DNA from: an uncultured Isosphaeraceae bacterium
GTDB lineage: Bacteria; Planctomycetota; GCA-002687715
Direction: 5' to 3'
Length of the DNA: 64,000 bases
NCBI GenBank assembly: GCA_964507445.1
Contig: CAZDQF010000005.1
Location: forward strand, 38,436-102,435
Part shown: piece after piece, positions 61,651 to 64,000 of the stretch
How the letters are laid out: each line of letters opens with the position of its first letter
Numbering within the stretch: the first letter of the stretch is position 1
Program-made: the position numbers and the translations under genes
The notes under the pieces: model-generated
Seen by the model: the letters and a program-made list of their open reading frames with translations, nothing else
Databases searched by the model: none
Told to the model about the DNA's origin: nothing

Positions 61651-63656
61651 GATTCCTCGTCATCGACGGATACACCAAGGCGGCCCGAGACGAGCTGGAA
61701 GCCGGAGGCGCGTCGACCGCGGCGACCCTCTATGAACGCATGCTCCTGCGCTGGGCCCCGGAGGGATCCTCCGTGGACCTGCTGTTCCCGTCGGATACTG
61801 GCATCGCGGACGACTTCGCGGTGGACCGATACGACGGCATCGCCTGGACCGGATGCAGTCTCTGCGTCAACGACACGGACAAGCCCGAGGTGACCTGTCA
61901 GGTGGACCTGCAGCGCCGAGCATACCTGGCAGGAGTCCCCGGGTTCGGCTCATGCTGGGCGGCCCAGGTCGCGGTCGTGGCGGCGGGAGGAGCGGTGGCT
62001 CCGAACCCCAACGGCCGGGAGATGGGCGTGGCGCGGAAGATCGCGTTGACCGGCGAAGGGCGGGCGCACCCCATGTTCGAAGGCAAGCCCCACGTGTTCG
62101 ACGGCTTCACCAGCCACGACGACGAGGTGACCCGGCTGCCGGAAGGTGCGACCCTCCTCGCGTCCAATCCATGGACCCGCGTCCAGGCGGTGGAGGTGGT
62201 CTACGAAGGGACGCCCTTCTGGGGACTGCAGTACCACCCGGAGTACGACCTCCACGAGATGGCTCGGCTCATGCACACCCGCGCGGACAAGTTGGTGGCC
62301 CTCGGGTTCTTCAAGGACCGGGACGCGGCTCAACGCCACGTCGACGACCTGGAGACCGTACACGCCGACCCGTCGCGAACGGACCTCGCCTGGTCGCTCG
62401 GCATCGACGCGGACCTCCTCGACCCGGAGATCCGACAGGCGGAGACACGGAACTGGATCCGGTCCCTCCTGGTGCTCCTGTTGATGACCGGCCTCGTCGC
62501 CGCGCAGCGGACCAACTACGACGAGTCCAAGGTCCCCGCCTACACGCTCCCCGACCCGCTCGAAGGTGTCGCCACGCCGGCGGAGTGGACGGAGCGCCGG
62601 GCCCACCTGATGAAGCTCTTGGAAGGCCACGTCTACGGGCGCATGCCAAGAGCGCCCGTGCGCACGTTCGTCAAGGAGACCGAGCCCGACCCCAAGGCGC
62701 TCGACGGGCTGGCGACGCGGCGTGAGATCACCATCCGGTTCAAGGACGAGGGGTCCGGTCCGGCCATGACCGTGCTCCTCTACCAGCCGAACAAGCGCGA
62801 GGGGCCGGCCCCGGCGTTCCTGGGCCTGAACTTCTGGGGCAACCACGCGGTCGACGAGGACCCGGGGATCACCATCAACCCCGCCACCCGCGGTCGGGCC
62901 CGCGGCTCCCGGGCCCACCGATGGGCCATCCCCACCATCATCGACCGCGGCTACGCCCTGGCCACCATCTACTACGGTGACATCGACCCGGACCGCTTCG
63001 ACGGCTACAAGGACGGGGTCCACCCCCTCTTCCCCATGAACCAGGGCTCCGCCAGGGAGAAGGACGCGTGGGGCTCCATCTGCGCGTGGGCCTGGGGGCT
63101 CTCCCGCGCCCTGGACTGGATGGTGCAGGATGAGGCCATCGACGGCGGCAAGGTGGCGGTCATGGGGCACTCCAGGCTCGGCAAGACCGCCCTGTGGGCA
63201 GGCGCCTGCGACGAGCGCTTCAAGCTGGTCATCTCCAACAACTCGGGGTGCGGCGGCGCGGCGCTGTCCCGCCGTCGATACGGAGAGACCGTCAAGCGCA
63301 TCAATGACGTCATGCCCCACTGGTTCTGCGACCGGTTCAAGGAGTACAACGGCAACGAGGACGCGCTCCCCGTGGATCAGCACACCCTGATCGCGTGCAT
63401 CGCTCCCAGGGCGTGCCTCGTGAGCAGCGCCGAGGAGGATCGCTGGGCCGATCCTAAGGGCGAGTTCCTCGCCGCCCGCGGCGCGGACCCGGTCTATCGG
63501 TTGCTCGGCACGTCCGGGCTCCCGGTCAGCTCCATGCCGACGCCGGGCAATGCCTCTCTCGGACGATTGGGATACCACATACGACCGGGCAAGCACGACG
63601 TGACCGACGCGGACTGGGACGTCTTCCTCCGCTTCGCCGATCGCTTCCTCCGTTGA
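61647..63656 (+). CDS. class I glutamine amidotransferase-like domain fused via a hydrophobic segment to a CE15-like (glucuronoyl esterase-type) alpha/beta hydrolase
   Basis: The N-terminal 270 aa has GFGSCWAAQ (Cys nucleophile context) and GLQYHPE (His). A hydrophobic stretch IRSLLVLLLMTGLVAAQ spans nt 62457-62510. The C-terminal 385 aa has a GHSRLGK nucleophile motif (compare CE15 GCSRxG) and a downstream His. The 5' end overlaps the HAD gene stop (ATGA). Confidence 0.6.
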   Translation: MRFLVIDGYTKAARDELEAGGASTAATLYERMLLRWAPEGSSVDLLFPSDTGIADDFAVDRYDGIAWTGCSLCVNDTDKPEVTCQVDLQRRAYLAGVPGFGSCWAAQVAVVAAGGAVAPNPNGREMGVARKIALTGEGRAHPMFEGKPHVFDGFTSHDDEVTRLPEGATLLASNPWTRVQAVEVVYEGTPFWGLQYHPEYDLHEMARLMHTRADKLVALGFFKDRDAAQRHVDDLETVHADPSRTDLAWSLGIDADLLDPEIRQAETRNWIRSLLVLLLMTGLVAAQRTNYDESKVPAYTLPDPLEGVATPAEWTERRAHLMKLLEGHVYGRMPRAPVRTFVKETEPDPKALDGLATRREITIRFKDEGSGPAMTVLLYQPNKREGPAPAFLGLNFWGNHAVDEDPGITINPATRGRARGSRAHRWAIPTIIDRGYALATIYYGDIDPDRFDGYKDGVHPLFPMNQGSAREKDAWGSICAWAWGLSRALDWMVQDEAIDGGKVAVMGHSRLGKTALWAGACDERFKLVISNNSGCGGAALSRRRYGETVKRINDVMPHWFCDRFKEYNGNEDALPVDQHTLIACIAPRACLVSSAEEDRWADPKGEFLAARGADPVYRLLGTSGLPVSSMPTPGNASLGRLGYHIRPGKHDVTDADWDVFLRFADRFLR

Positions 63657-63738
63657 TCGATGCCCCCTCGAGCTCCGGGGATCTTCCCGACACAGGGCCA
63701 CGGGATTAACCTAACGACGCTCCGCTACCAGCCGAGAT

Positions 63739-64000
63739 GTGCCGTTGGCAGTTAAAATCACCAATCCGTACGACGGGTCCGAAGTCTGCGCCCTGACGCA
63801 CACGGAGGACGATGCCCTGGATCGCGTGGTCGCGTTCGCCCACGCGGCTCAGGAGGCATGGGCCCGGGTCCCGCTCCCAGAACGGGTGGACCGGGTGCGG
63901 GCTGCCATGGGCTATTTCCGAGACCACGGCGACGAGGTGGCGAGGGATGTCTCCCTGCAGATGGGCAAGCCCATCTCGCAGGCCCTGGGAGAGGTCGAGA
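63739..64000 (+). CDS. aldehyde dehydrogenase family protein, N-terminal fragment (possible phosphonoacetaldehyde dehydrogenase)
   Basis: GTG 63739. ITNPYDGSEV...ALDRVVAFAHAAQEAW matches the NAD-dependent ALDH N-terminal pattern. The gene runs off the window. Confidence 0.5.
   Translation, partial: MPLAVKITNPYDGSEVCALTHTEDDALDRVVAFAHAAQEAWARVPLPERVDRVRAAMGYFRDHGDEVARDVSLQMGKPISQALGEVE

Noticed and set aside
1-64000. CRISPR arrays, tRNA or rRNA genes, insertion sequences, integrases, or phage or toxin-antitoxin modules.
   Set aside because: I found no short direct-repeat arrays, no cloverleaf-compatible segments ending in CCA in the intergenic regions, and no transposase or integrase-like ORFs. 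A tRNAscan or Infernal run would be needed to fully exclude RNAs.

Overview
This 64 kb window is about 70% GC and gene-dense: roughly 47 protein-coding genes and about 90% coding. I found no rRNA, tRNA, CRISPR array, transposase or integrase, so it reads as ordinary chromosome rather than a mobile island. Several convergent gene pairs overlap at their 3' ends. Wrong-frame or antisense ORFs run to 600-700 aa with Pro/Arg/Gly-rich composition, which is expected at this GC content, so I called genes from recognisable family motifs and amino-acid composition, not ORF length.

Gene content, in order:
- Peptidoglycan and amino-sugar recycling enzymes, scattered: MurQ, NagZ, an MpaA-like M14 amidase, PepE, and a dimethylarginine dimethylaminohydrolase (DDAH)-like amidinotransferase.
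- Two ECF sigma factors, one immediately followed by a Ser/Thr kinase fused to a formylglycine-generating-enzyme (FGE, 'FGE-sulfatase') domain. A sulfatase and a DUF1080 protein sit next to this pair.
- A galT - lipoprotein - galK unit.
- A phosphonate cluster: PhnW, a dimethylglycine-dehydrogenase-like oxidoreductase, a HAD hydrolase and an aldehyde dehydrogenase.
- A secreted pentaheme cytochrome c next to several redox proteins: a thioredoxin-like protein with prenyltransferase/squalene-oxidase (PSQ) repeats, an FMN protein related to glutamate synthase GltB, and a NapH-like polyferredoxin.
- A single uninterrupted 8,040-nt ORF (2,679 aa) that fuses a FixC/ETF-QO-like flavoprotein, two transmembrane helices, a FixX-like ferredoxin, a partial plus a complete acyl-CoA dehydrogenase, and EtfB- and EtfA-like domains into one polypeptide. 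I consider this the most unusual feature of the window.

Other notable items:
- A sodium:solute symporter fused to an SGNH esterase, translationally coupled to an MFS permease.
- A glutamine amidotransferase (GATase1) domain fused through a hydrophobic segment to a CE15-like esterase.
- An FHA-domain, membrane-anchored trypsin-like protease.
- An AT-rich island followed by a textbook intrinsic terminator, a candidate small RNA.
- A recurrent start architecture in which a -10-like hexamer (TAnnnT) lies 6-9 nt upstream of the ATG, suggesting leaderless mRNAs. Two of these junctions share a 16-nt identical core with start codons overlapping on opposite strands (CATG).

The ECF-kinase-FGE pairing, sulfatase, DUF1080, PSQ-repeat and giant-gene content fits a Planctomycetota-like genome, but that is inference only.
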